This document shows positions 1 through 11,500 of a stretch of DNA of 64,000 nt, piece after piece; position 1 is the first letter of the stretch, and each line of letters begins with the position of its first letter. This DNA comes from a virus. The notes beneath the pieces were generated by a model. The model was not told where the DNA came from and did not search any database. It saw only the letters and a list, made by a program, of their open reading frames with translations. The position numbers and the translations under genes are program-made. The stretch covers positions 106,862 to 170,861 of the IMG/VR virus record IMGVR_UViG_3300003690_000003. One strand, 5' to 3'.

Positions 1-520
1 TTATTCCACCCACAATGTCATTTTCTAAGACAGCAGCTAGAGCGCCTGCCATGTCGCCAATTCCAACCTCTCCTACTTCTTCTATGGGCCATTCTAAATC
101 AGGTATCGTGGAGTCCGGTGTCAAAGGGTGAATGGTCGTCGCCAGCGCCGGTGTACGTCCTATTGAAAAAGCTATTTTATTTGTATTAATGTTATTAGGG
201 GTATTTAAAATTTCAAGATCATCTGGTTCAAGACTGCCGTGATATTGGGTCTGATTCAAATAACCAAAGTCTGCATAGGTATTTGGACCGTCGCCGTCTT
301 TAAAAGACCAATATCGCCCCATCGCGCCACGAAAAAAATCTTGTTCTGTATAGTCCGGGCCTCGCGCGCGATCATTAGCACTCATATATGTCGTTCTTAG
401 GCATGCATGATTTAAAGCAAACTTAGGGGATGTAATATCATCCCACCTAATTGTACTTGTCCTTTCAAGTTTTGACACCCCGACCAAGCTTCTATCAACT
501 AAAAGGTTTCGTTTACCCAT
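1..520 (-). CDS. hypothetical protein, partial (runs off left edge); probably virion-associated
   Basis: Own translation from ATG at 520: MGKRNLLVDRSLVGVSKLERT..., open to position 1; continues the structural gene run. Confidence 0.7.
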   Translation of the reverse strand, partial: MGKRNLLVDRSLVGVSKLERTSTIRWDDITSPKFALNHACLRTTYMSANDRARGPDYTEQDFFRGAMGRYWSFKDGDGPNTYADFGYLNQTQYHGSLEPDDLEILNTPNNINTNKIAFSIGRTPALATTIHPLTPDSTIPDLEWPIEEVGEVGIGDMAGALAAVLENDIVGGI

Positions 521-571
521 TTGATTTTCCTATAGTATATAGATTTTTCTTGATATTTTTAAACATATTGA

Positions 572-3500
572 TTAGTAATCTTGTCCATTATCGTTCTGCT
601 CAAAAACGCGTGTAGGAATCGTAATCCCTGTTTGGTTTTCATATATAGTAATAACATTTCGTCTTCGAGGCATCGTGTGCCAACCAAACCATAGTTGCTT
701 AAGAGTTCTAACCCCGCGGTCTCGATCACTATTAGCACTTCGTGGCGGGGGCCACGCTATAGGTCGATGTGAACCAGCTTGCCAACGTCGTTTGCCGTTG
801 GGCAAGAGTTCCTTATACCACCTATAAAAAGCTATATAAACCTGCACTCGTTCAGGCCCAGTAAGTGATGGCGGTGGGCCCGGTGTGGTCGGTGCTTGTT
901 GTTGCGCGGCCGCATAACCAGTAGTAGTAGTGGTCATGGTAGCCGCGGCAGTTGTAGTGGCAGCCGCGGCAGCTGCTACACGGGTGGCTTCGGCTGCGGC
1001 AGCAGCGGCTGCTGCGGCGGCTGCTTGTTGGGCCTGGGCTGCGGCTGCCGCGGTGGCGCGAGCTGCTGCAGCCTGCTGTGCAGCATATGCAACAGCAGCC
1101 GTGGGGTTGGTTCCAACTCTTGTGTCTGTGTCGTATGAGTTAGCAAACTCGATAGAATCAGAAAATGAATCAATATTTGCAGCAATATTGGATGGGACCC
1201 CATATGTTATTGCTACGGCCTGAGTGGGACTTGGATTGGGTAACTCCAGAACTGCGCCTTCGCCTCCAATCACAAATAGCTCATTATAAATAGGCATCTT
1301 TAAGCCATCAAAATTAGCCAAATGTGTTTTGTGTCTTTTAAGGCGACACATTAAAGATCTATTACCGGTATCTGCGGCTTGTACAACTGATAGAGTAAGC
1401 GGATACCAAACCGGTGCCGTAACAATCGATCCCACCCCACCGAGCATATAAGCATGCATATATTCTACTATATATACAAATCCATATCGAGCTGCTATCA
1501 ATGCGGTATTACCCGGATCAATATTTCCGTCAGATACTTCATTAATAAATGCCATTTCAGAAGGCGCCGGAGGCGGTAAAGGAGTTGTGGCTGGATTAGC
1601 AAACGCGGGAGAACTGAGGGCTGGTGAACTAGCCAAACTAGCCGCCATATTTCCTTGCTCAACCTGGGCCTGAACTTGAGGGAGGCCAGCGCCTCCTACA
1701 AAAAAGTTCCCTGCGCTCAGCGTTGTTAGGGCGGGGACTATTGGATTGGGCTTTCCATTAAAAAAGTCCCCTTGAGTCAAATAGTTAGAAATCTGAGAAA
1801 CATTAGCGACGAGTTGAGTTGCCAAATTTGAGGTGCTACCACCAGCACCAGGCTGTAAAAGATTTATTGCTGCACTACCACTCAAAGCTTCGGCAGCAGC
1901 TTCGCGTTCAGGTTCGGTAATAAACTCTGAGTTTAATGAAAAAAGGTTGCTGACATCAAGGCCTTTCTCAGCATTAGCGCTCAGGTCCTCCGTGGTTGCA
2001 GGGGTGTTAAAAACGTTTTTTATAGGATTTTGTGGAGTATTTTGAAATACCGTTGCGACACAGTTATTAAAATGCATTATTCCATTTTGATTTTGAATTA
2101 GCCTTGTATTCGTATGTTGCAACGCCGGATTAGTTGCTTTAAGTCCCGGCGTACTAGCAAAAGTAATAGGAGAGTTTTTATTTATATTGGCCGAAAGAAT
2201 CTCGTAAAACGCTTCCTCTATGGCATTTTTAGTTGTATTATTATCTGAGAAAATGTCCAAAGGCTTCCGACCCGGTATTCTTAAAAAGTTAGGAGTTAAA
2301 AATATTGCGCCCTGTTGGGTGACCCCATCATTTTTTCCTGTCTCGTTGGCGACTAACCGGCCCCATTGATCAAAAGTAAGTCGCTTAATGGTCCCGCCGA
2401 CCGCGGCGTCGGTAGTCGAACCTACACTTAAAAGTCTCTTTGTGTTCAAAAAATCCAATCCATAAGGACGCAAAGCATCAGTGTCTATCGATTCCAAAAA
2501 GAACTGTCTAATGGTAAATATTTTTTTGCCCCCGGTCGTGGGTGCGGCGGGCGCCTGGGTCATGCTAGTTGTAGATCCTTTAGTTACTCCTATAGCACTC
2601 CTCAACGAAGAAGAAAAATCCCTGAGAAGCCTTATTAAAAATTCTATACCAGATGGTCCCGTAATCAAGGGGTTCACCGCAATAAATAAATTCATCTGTT
2701 CTTGAAGCGTTTGAGGACCAAAAAAGAAACCCATGGCAGTCAAATATTTGTTAACCGCTATAGACCACGGAGCTCCCACTACGATGGTAATAACTCCGCC
2801 TCCGAACTGTCGAGCTCGAATGTTTGCATCACGCGCAAGAGTTTGGCTGACTAACTCTTGACCCTCAGTTCCTGTAATGACGCCCATGCCGCCAATGGCT
2901 GGCTGGCCTCCAAAATCTATAATATTCTGAAGGGCGGCGCTGTACTGTTGAATAGCACCCTGGGCTACGGCTGCTGTTGTAGTTAAACTTTGTTCAATGG
3001 GCCCCATGTCAGAAACTGCACCATAGTCTACATCTCGCGGGGCACCGGTGGCGGGGTCAATATATTCAAGTGCCTCGCCGCTTTTAATTTTTTCTATAAA
3101 CAAGGGTGTATAGCGATTAGTCGTAATATTATAGTTACCAGAAAGTAAAGAGGTGCTCAGAAATCTTTCTAGCTGAACGATTAATAAATCGATGCCCGGG
3201 TCAGCAGGATCTGGCTTGGTTAAAATCTGTAAAATTTTATCTCTTGACTTATCTTCTATGGTTATCTCAACCCCATATTCATATAATCCAGTTGTAATAT
3301 CTTTAATACTATTATCGCGGATCTGATATTGCATGACTCCAGTTGAGGTGTTATAATCCATTCGTTGTGGTTCGCCCACTACTTCTACTCTTTTATCAAA
3401 CAAACGCAAGGGCGAATCCCCACCGGTTAATTTATTAAATACATTAGGCTTATTAACTCTGCGCCTTATAACCCTTATTGATTCCATATTACAACTTGTT

Positions 3501-4531
3501 AACTTATCATTAACATTATTATATAAAGCTTCATATTTGGCGCCATTTACTACAGCTTCTAAATAATCAAAACCGAAATAAAGAGACAAATCATTATTTT
3601 CATTTTTCGAAAAATATAAAGGCGAAAGATAAGATGGTTTTTGTTTTCTAACTTTTTCTAAAGTTTTTAATCTATCGCGAACGGCCTTATTGGCGGTTGT
3701 CAAACCACTCAACTTATTAAAATCAAATGAATGTCTTTCTACTCTCGCAAGATTTCGCTGATCAACTATCTTAGAGTTAATAGTTTTCTGGACTCGGAGA
3801 AGATTTCCGGACTCTGAGCCGCCAGAGCCATCTCCAGTGCGCCAGCGCGCTCCCTGATCTTGGTGAACGTCGCCCACCCATAGGCTCAGGCTTGGATCAT
3901 CAGAGGAAACACTTGCTGGATAAAACAGATTAGTTTCTAAGTTGACTATTGAGTTTTTAATGACCAGTTCAGAAACAGTTTTGCCAAATAAAACATCCGC
4001 TGGATCAATAACGCTGGTATCATTATCTTCATTTGTATCAACTATGGGTACCGCAAAAATACTTAAGTACGGAGGAGCGGCGCCGGGTACCTCAAATGAT
4101 TTTCTAAAAAGCAAATCCGTACCGTACAGATCTCCATACTGCTGCGCCTGTGTTGTAGAAAGGCCCGCACTTAGAGCAACGTCCCCTAAAACCGCTTCCT
4201 GAAGAGGATAAACTCCCCGCGAAACTTTACCGTTGTCCTGATTTGAGTTTAGAAAATCTTTAAGTTTCGTACGGTCAGCATATATCGATATTGCCAAAGC
4301 ATCGTCACTAGTGACAACAACTAAAACATTTAACTTATTAAAAAATGACTCGCGAGTTCCTATTATAGAAGAATTGCTAGCAGCCGTAGTAAAATACTGC
4401 TTTAACACAAACTCCACATCTATCTTGAGCTTGTCGCCTCGATTATACAATGTAATATTTTTGATATAAACCGGAAATGTGTCTGGATCTTGACCGATAA
4501 TGCTAAGACTATGTTCTGGGATATGTGCCAT
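572..4531 (-). CDS. large hypothetical virion protein with poly-Ala/Thr linker and a small basic C-terminal domain
   Basis: 1319-aa ORF coupled to the upstream gene at 4531; structural context; low-complexity AAAAQAQQAAAA tract near C-terminus. Confidence 0.6.
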   Translation of the reverse strand: MAHIPEHSLSIIGQDPDTFPVYIKNITLYNRGDKLKIDVEFVLKQYFTTAASNSSIIGTRESFFNKLNVLVVVTSDDALAISIYADRTKLKDFLNSNQDNGKVSRGVYPLQEAVLGDVALSAGLSTTQAQQYGDLYGTDLLFRKSFEVPGAAPPYLSIFAVPIVDTNEDNDTSVIDPADVLFGKTVSELVIKNSIVNLETNLFYPASVSSDDPSLSLWVGDVHQDQGARWRTGDGSGGSESGNLLRVQKTINSKIVDQRNLARVERHSFDFNKLSGLTTANKAVRDRLKTLEKVRKQKPSYLSPLYFSKNENNDLSLYFGFDYLEAVVNGAKYEALYNNVNDKLTSCNMESIRVIRRRVNKPNVFNKLTGGDSPLRLFDKRVEVVGEPQRMDYNTSTGVMQYQIRDNSIKDITTGLYEYGVEITIEDKSRDKILQILTKPDPADPGIDLLIVQLERFLSTSLLSGNYNITTNRYTPLFIEKIKSGEALEYIDPATGAPRDVDYGAVSDMGPIEQSLTTTAAVAQGAIQQYSAALQNIIDFGGQPAIGGMGVITGTEGQELVSQTLARDANIRARQFGGGVITIVVGAPWSIAVNKYLTAMGFFFGPQTLQEQMNLFIAVNPLITGPSGIEFLIRLLRDFSSSLRSAIGVTKGSTTSMTQAPAAPTTGGKKIFTIRQFFLESIDTDALRPYGLDFLNTKRLLSVGSTTDAAVGGTIKRLTFDQWGRLVANETGKNDGVTQQGAIFLTPNFLRIPGRKPLDIFSDNNTTKNAIEEAFYEILSANINKNSPITFASTPGLKATNPALQHTNTRLIQNQNGIMHFNNCVATVFQNTPQNPIKNVFNTPATTEDLSANAEKGLDVSNLFSLNSEFITEPEREAAAEALSGSAAINLLQPGAGGSTSNLATQLVANVSQISNYLTQGDFFNGKPNPIVPALTTLSAGNFFVGGAGLPQVQAQVEQGNMAASLASSPALSSPAFANPATTPLPPPAPSEMAFINEVSDGNIDPGNTALIAARYGFVYIVEYMHAYMLGGVGSIVTAPVWYPLTLSVVQAADTGNRSLMCRLKRHKTHLANFDGLKMPIYNELFVIGGEGAVLELPNPSPTQAVAITYGVPSNIAANIDSFSDSIEFANSYDTDTRVGTNPTAAVAYAAQQAAAARATAAAAAQAQQAAAAAAAAAAAEATRVAAAAAATTTAAATMTTTTTGYAAAQQQAPTTPGPPPSLTGPERVQVYIAFYRWYKELLPNGKRRWQAGSHRPIAWPPPRSANSDRDRGVRTLKQLWFGWHTMPRRRNVITIYENQTGITIPTRVFEQNDNGQDY
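900..1100 (-). repeat. GCN-rich low-complexity tract encoding poly-Ala/Thr/Gln
   Basis: Runs of gcggca/gctgcg; encodes AAVAYAAQQAAAARATAAAAAQAQQAAAAAAAAAAAEATRVAAAAAATTTAAATMTTTTTG. Confidence 0.85.
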
Positions 4532-5568
4532 TATTCACAGATATCCTCTTCTGGTGCATAAAGATCGCGAATGAAATACTCTCTGGTACTTATAACACTA
4601 GATCCGGGAGCTGTTCCAAGCGCCGAGAAGTCTTCTATATTTGCCTGTCGCAACAAGTCATTACTTATTTCATTATCGACTTCTAGCGTTAAATAATATG
4701 GCACTTCTGTATTTGTATGAATAGCCGCCGAATCATCATTAAATTTCAAGGGCAATAAGTTGCCAAACAAGGTGCTACTAGATAAATAAACTTCAATATC
4801 AAAGTTCTCTTTATTAAAATCTACGTTCTTTTCAGTTATTTGAATAATCAAATCTTCTGGGCTAATAACTACATAGGTTCCATCTGGTTTAATAGTTGTC
4901 GTTATCGCTTGAATATTGTGTACATTGTGTTGTTGGGTCAGCGCTTCGTCTGTATATTCAGGACTATCCGCGAGGGCTGGGGACCAATCTTCTATCGCTG
5001 CAGCATACGTTCTATATTTGATAGCAATATCAATTTGAGGAATCTTTTCTATTCCGGCGGAGCTCGTATAAAAAGAAAGTGATGACGAGATCTCGCCGTG
5101 GCGCGCCGTTACTGCCCATGCTGGCTGTTTGTTAGAGTTGAGCCTCGATCTTCCTAATGGTTTTGTAAAAAAATCAATCCTATCTTGAACATATTGTAGT
5201 TCTTGGCGATTATAGATTGCACCTGGATCCATGAATAAAGGATCGTCAAGAAGGGTGCGGTCTTCTTTAAATATGGCACGAATAATCGCTGCGCTAGCAC
5301 TTTGAGCCGTCTGGATACCAGTAAATACATTTAAGGTTTTAGTGGAGGGAGTATCATCTTGAATCCTTGGCTCTATACTATTTTGGCCTTCAGTTACAGT
5401 AACTTGTGTACTAGTATTATCCCCCCCCGTAAACGCAGAGTTGTATATTATACCTTCATCAAAAAAAGCATAATAAGCCGGCTTAAAAACGCCCTTGGAA
5501 AGCTTATATCTTCCATATGGGGTTAGCTTTACTTCTAAAACTTCTTGCTTTTTATTAAAAAACTCCAT
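4531..5568 (-). CDS. putative virion structural protein
   Basis: 345 aa; N-terminal LTPYGRYKLSKG...YAFFDEGIIY resembles the LTxxGR start of large-phage tail/baseplate proteins; located in the baseplate operon. Confidence 0.55.
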   Translation of the reverse strand: MEFFNKKQEVLEVKLTPYGRYKLSKGVFKPAYYAFFDEGIIYNSAFTGGDNTSTQVTVTEGQNSIEPRIQDDTPSTKTLNVFTGIQTAQSASAAIIRAIFKEDRTLLDDPLFMDPGAIYNRQELQYVQDRIDFFTKPLGRSRLNSNKQPAWAVTARHGEISSSLSFYTSSAGIEKIPQIDIAIKYRTYAAAIEDWSPALADSPEYTDEALTQQHNVHNIQAITTTIKPDGTYVVISPEDLIIQITEKNVDFNKENFDIEVYLSSSTLFGNLLPLKFNDDSAAIHTNTEVPYYLTLEVDNEISNDLLRQANIEDFSALGTAPGSSVISTREYFIRDLYAPEEDICE

Positions 5569-5577
5569 TAATCTTTC

Positions 5578-8500
5578 TTACCCTAGAAGGTTCAAGGCTC
5601 CTTGTGCTGCGTCGGCGGCAGCCTGATCAGCCAGGTCCTGCGCCGCTTCGACATCCTCAACCGATTCGCTGGAGGCATACTGTATTCCCATATCCATCTT
5701 AACTAGCTCCACAAGAGAGAAATAATCGTATGGCCAGTTGTAAGTATAAGGAGAATCAATGCTATTTGGAACTGTTGATAAATCATCAGTAAGCCCCGTT
5801 GCTTTATATTTGTTATAGTTACTCTTCGCTCTTCGTTTTACCTTAAATACCATCCAACGCATGTGCTCGCTAATCTGTCTCTGGTCACTATCGAAAAAGT
5901 CTTCTGCCAATAAGGAATGTTGGATTGTTGCCTCTCTAGCTTGTAGTGATTCTCCGCTAGTCTCAGGAGGTAAGTTTTGCCATATATCGGCTAAATCTTG
6001 TTGGGAAAACTTCTTTGTAAACTCAAAAACAAACATCACAAACGGATCGATTGTTTCTCGGCCCGTTTCGGTTGTTACAAAATCAAATTTTGGAGGGAAC
6101 ACATAGTCTTTCAAAGCTTTACAAATCTTTAGGACGTCAGGTTTCACTTGGACTTGAGTTTGCTGACCGGCAAGAATACGAATGGCGCCGTTTCTTTGGT
6201 GCTTGCTGAATCTATAGAACTTTCTGCGGCCGTCGAGGGCAATAGTAAATGGTACCGCTACGACCGCTTCGGATACCACTTTTGCATCGGTTATGGAGCC
6301 AATCCGCTTTACGACCGGAGAAAAACCAACTACATCTAGCAAAGATTGAACATTGTAATTTGCGTCGCCATTTGGTGAACTCTCGATGTGGCCTGGATCG
6401 GTTAAAGAGATAAAAATCCCCTCTCTCCCTTGACAGATGGCCCCCTTCTGATGCCACATCCCCTTGGTCGCTAAAAGGTCGCCGCTGTGAGCGGCCGCAG
6501 TCGGAGTGAGCGGCGTCGATGCTGACACGGCAGCAAAATTCAACACTGGCGTCTCAAACTTAGTTTGTATAAGCCATCGTTTTGTCGCGGTGGTCGTGTT
6601 GGCTATAATAGCGGTTACCTCTCTTGTCAAATCCACACTTGCACTAATCTGCATCGCCGCAAAGCGTTGTTTGGCGTCAGGGTCGTTCAGAAAAATCGTA
6701 TTTGTGCTCGCGTCAGGGCTTAAATATTCCCCAGACCTCTGGTAAGTTATCTCGCTATTAGAAAAAATATCAGCCAGCATAGGCTTCCCATCATATTGCG
6801 GTTTAAAAAGAATCGTTGCAACAGCCTCACCATCATAATAGGGAGGCGTTACGTGAACCCACGAAGGAATGTTGGCCGTTCCTTCGAAGCTGGCAGACAT
6901 CGGCCGTCCAAACCCGCTAGCACGATTATACATAGTAAAAATAGTCGTATCCGCAACTTGTTTAGAAAGTTGAGTTTGCGCTGGGCTGGCGGCGCCAATG
7001 ATAGATTGTTGAGTGCGGTTCAAGCTCACTTTCATGCCATAAACAGAACCAGATTTAACCTCTCTAAATTGATCTTCGCGGGAAGATTTAAATGATTTTA
7101 AACCAGTCTGGAAAAAGTCTACCGTCTCACAGACAAAATTATCTATAGCCAGTTCATAATTTTTAAGGCCATCTCCTGGCCATCTAACAGCATTCATACA
7201 GTTTGCCAACGTCGGATTGGTGGGATTACTAGCTAGGTGACCATAACTAGAAGAAATACTTCCCGAGCCCACTCCCCGATCAAATATATATCCTGCATTA
7301 AAGTTATCGTAGTTAGCAGCAGGGTTCGGGTCGTCGGCGGCGGGGACCTGAATGGGGGCGAGGATCCTAGTGCTCATATGCTGCACTGGATGTAGAAGCG
7401 CTTCAAAAGGAAGCTTGTGCATATAATAATAATATCCAGTTTCATCGACCAGGGTCGAGTAAGACGCCGAGGGGTTTAATGGAAGAAGACCTTTCCATCC
7501 ATAGTATTCCCCAAAATCATCTGAACCGGCGCGAGGACAGTTCGCCCCGCCGATCTGTTTCGTCTGAGACCGAGCTGAGTATTGAACATCGCGGCCGACG
7601 GTATGGCCGAGATAATCTCTGATATAGCCATCCCAAATGCTCCGAAGGATATAGTTGGAAACGCCAATTCCTGATTTAATCGTATTATACAAGATTCCCG
7701 GGCCGGCTAAGGGCTCAACAAAGGCACGAAATGCTGCTTTCGTCTCCATAAAATCAGACGTTATCCGGCCTCCACCCCTCTTGGGGAGACGACTACCCCC
7801 GGCCCAATCTGGACTAGTAGCCTCGTCGTCATTACCGCAGGCAGCCGCAGTACACTTCATAAACGGTCCATATGAAGATGAAAGTCCCTTGTAAGGCAAG
7901 AACTTAACTAACCCGGAGCATCGCAAAGCTAGCTTGTCTTTCTTCATAATATCGCCATTGACAAGAGATTTGTTATCGTAAGTCTCATCGACTACACTAA
8001 AAAATCTCATAAAATCAGAGTTGGAATAAACCTTGAAAAAATTATTCTCGGAGCTATCAGCTATAGAGGAACCAGTTAAGTCTAAAAAGCTATTATTGGG
8101 GGCCCAAAAGTCTTCAGCCGCCGTATTCAGATAATAATCCATCTGTTCACTAATTCTAAACTCGGGAACTATAGAATAATCTTTACCAATAAGTCTCAAA
8201 TTCTCACAATATTGATCATAAGTTAAATAAGGCTTTTTGCCGGCTTGTTCGGCAACCTGGTATTCGGCATCGCCTGGAAAGTTTGCTCTGGGGTTATTGG
8301 TATTAAAAGATGTGGGGGCTCCACCGTCACCGGCTGCGCCGGAGATACCAATCATACATCTTTGAGTGTACATACAACTGGCGGTAATATTTCCTTCACC
8401 CCACTGATCAAATCCAGAAAAACAATTTTGAAGAAGCCCAGAGCCACTAAGGGGATTCGAAGATAAGGTATCTTGAAAGTTTGTATCAGCTGTAGTGCCC

Positions 8501-11500
8501 GGGCTAGGATAGCCATGACCATCGAGAGGCCAAATACTGGCATTTAAGGCAGCGCCCGTAGGCGACATAGGAAGATCCACTTGACTACCGGCATATCCGC
8601 GTAGAGTGCGATTATTATTCCATATATTACTAATAGAATAGTTTACTCTCCGACGATTTCTATTAAGACCGGCATTCTTAGCTGCGGGATAAACTGTTTG
8701 TTTGTAGTTTACAAGTACTTTGTCTATATTTTCGAAAGGAGAGTTCTCAGTATTTCCAGCGGTATCTTTAAGAAGAAGCTCATTTAGACGATTGAAATAC
8801 AAATCTCCTCTCTTAGTGTCGAGTTTGAGATTATATCTATTTGTGAGTTCAATGTTTGCAAAGTAATCTACTTTATTAGCAAATGAATGATTATAAATCA
8901 ATGACTGATCGATAAACGTTACATTTCTATCATTATCGACCACTCTATTGGTGGAAACAAGAGTGTGAGTCATTACTTTGTGCTGGCTCCCTATAGGAGG
9001 TTCTATATAACTAACAATCTCGTTGCCTTTAAGACCGCGGACGCCAGTGGCCCGGTTTACTATAGTCGGGAGTGTTCTTACAGTTAGGCGGTTGTTCTTT
9101 CTTTGTTCTCGCACTAATGGGTGTGAGTGTGGGCCCGCTTGGATTTGTCGGAATGTAGGCCAGCCATAAGGGCCGTTGCGGTGAAGCATGAGAGCGTTGA
9201 ACATCTGCGCAGTGCCGGCGCCTTGGCCATAGGTGCCAGCAGCGGCTTCTCCAGTACCATCGTAAATAAACCCCTCAATATATCCAAAATCTTCAGCATT
9301 CCTATTGGCATATTGCGTCTCGATCGCATCGGACTGGGACGGGTAAAATAGTTTTACGCGCTGCTGTCCATTAAGTGTAGATAAAATATCCGTGTTTAAA
9401 GGAAATCCTAAAGTATTTTGGGACGCAGTAAGCGGATCCTTAAGAACAGTATTCAGACCCGCAAAATTTGGTCCATAAAACGGATATCCGCCGGCAGCTA
9501 CGGTCTTTCGTGTAGCGCCCCATCGGTACAGGGGGAACCACAGCGGATATGCCCCACCGGCCGGGCCCCTGACCGTGCAGCCAAAATCACTTGCCGAAAC
9601 AAACTGATCTTCTAGTTTGTAATGGAAAGGTCCATCATATCTTGAACCGTCGATAGAAAGATCTGAAGCCACTGCTCCATTAACAGTACCATTGTGACCA
9701 CCAATCTGATCGATTATCATCGTAGCCGAATCACCCCTTCCATCGCCCATGCGATACCAAGAGAGCAGACTGGCGGCCGCGCTGTGTTGTTTAAAATTCT
9801 TTGCTGTACCATTGTTATATGCCTCTTCGGCCTGGTTTGCTGATAGTTCAGTGTTCCAAATAGCCACTTCATCGATGTTGCCATCAAAGTAGCCGCCAGG
9901 GGCATCAAGTTCGACTCCTATGGTGCCGTTCTCGGTGGCGATGGCCGCGGGGTTATCCAGCTGGAAGCCGGCACTTGTAGTACGATCGACGCCGTCGAGA
10001 TACAGTTTCATACCGCCGAGAGAGACCCCTGCAGGATCGCCCCCCTCAAAGGTTGCCACGACATGGTGCCACTGATTATCATTTAAGTACGCAGTACCCG
10101 TCTTAATACGCCCGTTGCTGTCGCTACCATCAATTTGGAATCTAATCCCGTCGCTAGAGTTGGTATAAAGAGCACGACCATAAATACCAAAATGTATTAA
10201 CTGCTGATAGCTGCTCCAGTCCGCGGAATTAAACCACAAAGAAATCGAAAATGGCTTAGCGCTGGTGCCGCTTCCGCCAATAAGACTGTTCCAGGTAACG
10301 GCTGTTCCAATATCAATATAATCATTTGTATCATCAAAAAACATCGATGAACTGTTCTGAAGATATGCATAGCTTGTTAGACCATCATATCCATAAACCT
10401 TCGCGGTAGGAAGGAGTGAACCTGTAATCCATGCATATTGTCTATCGCTCTGCGGGATTTGATGAGTTACGTAAGCATTGTCATAGGTGTTGGTTTGATA
10501 GGTCGGCCATGAAACTCCTCCGGCGGCGAGGGCTTCGAAGCGCTTAGGAGCATGGGCGTGCTGAAGCACCAAGTCAGTTGCTAGCGAAGCGCTTGCGGCA
10601 CTACTGCCAATAAGGCCCATTTGATTATCAACGGAAGCGTTTGTATCGCCGGCGTAGGAGTTGAAACGATACCACGCTTGCAGACTCGTTGGAAGCGTCT
10701 CCTTGATATTAACAACAACTCCATTATTATATAAACTCTTCACTTCGGCTGCAGCCAGGACCTTTGACCAAACCGCAAAATTGCTAATATAAGCGTTGGT
10801 ATTCGCGGTTCCGCTATCTCTACTCCCAATAGTTAGGCCTTTTATAATCTGGCCAGAAGTACTCGAATTAGCTACGGTATCATTATCATTGACCCCATTA
10901 AGATAAATTGTGGCAGTTTCATCGCCGCCGTTGTCGCTCCCCCCGTTATAGGTTATAACCACATGATACCACCGATTGGTGGTAAGTGCTGTAGCGTTCA
11001 GGACGGTGACGCCTGAACTGTTGTTGCCAAAAAACTTTAAGAGACCGGTCGAATAAATATTCATATATCTCTGTACACCAAATGCCCAAACCTTGCTGCT
11101 GCTCCCGGGGAGAGTCGGAAGCCGCAGCCACAGAGAAACACTAAATGGCAATGCAGCGTTGCCCAAGCCACCTACAAGAGATGTCCAATCACTGGCGATG
11201 CCGGCCTCTACATAGCTTGTAGAACCATTGAAATAGCCAGCCCCCACAGGCGCCTCTTTGATCACACGCTTCGGATTTCGGTTCATCTTATTCCATGAGG
11301 GGAGGTTGGAATAAGCAACCTGAGTCAAACCATACTTGCGGATCCCCGAAGCCGAGCTGCTGGCCGCAACGCCGACTTCCACGCCAAAGCGACCAGAATG
11401 TAAAGTAGACCGCTGGTTGAGTCCGCGCGCATAATCAATCTGATCTACAACATGGATTGTACCGGATATGCTAGGATCGCCCGGAACCGAGCCGGTGCGT

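Noticed and set aside
896-1223. Plus-strand Ala/Gly/Cys-rich ORFs
   Set aside because: Antisense shadows of the poly-Ala tract in 572..4531.
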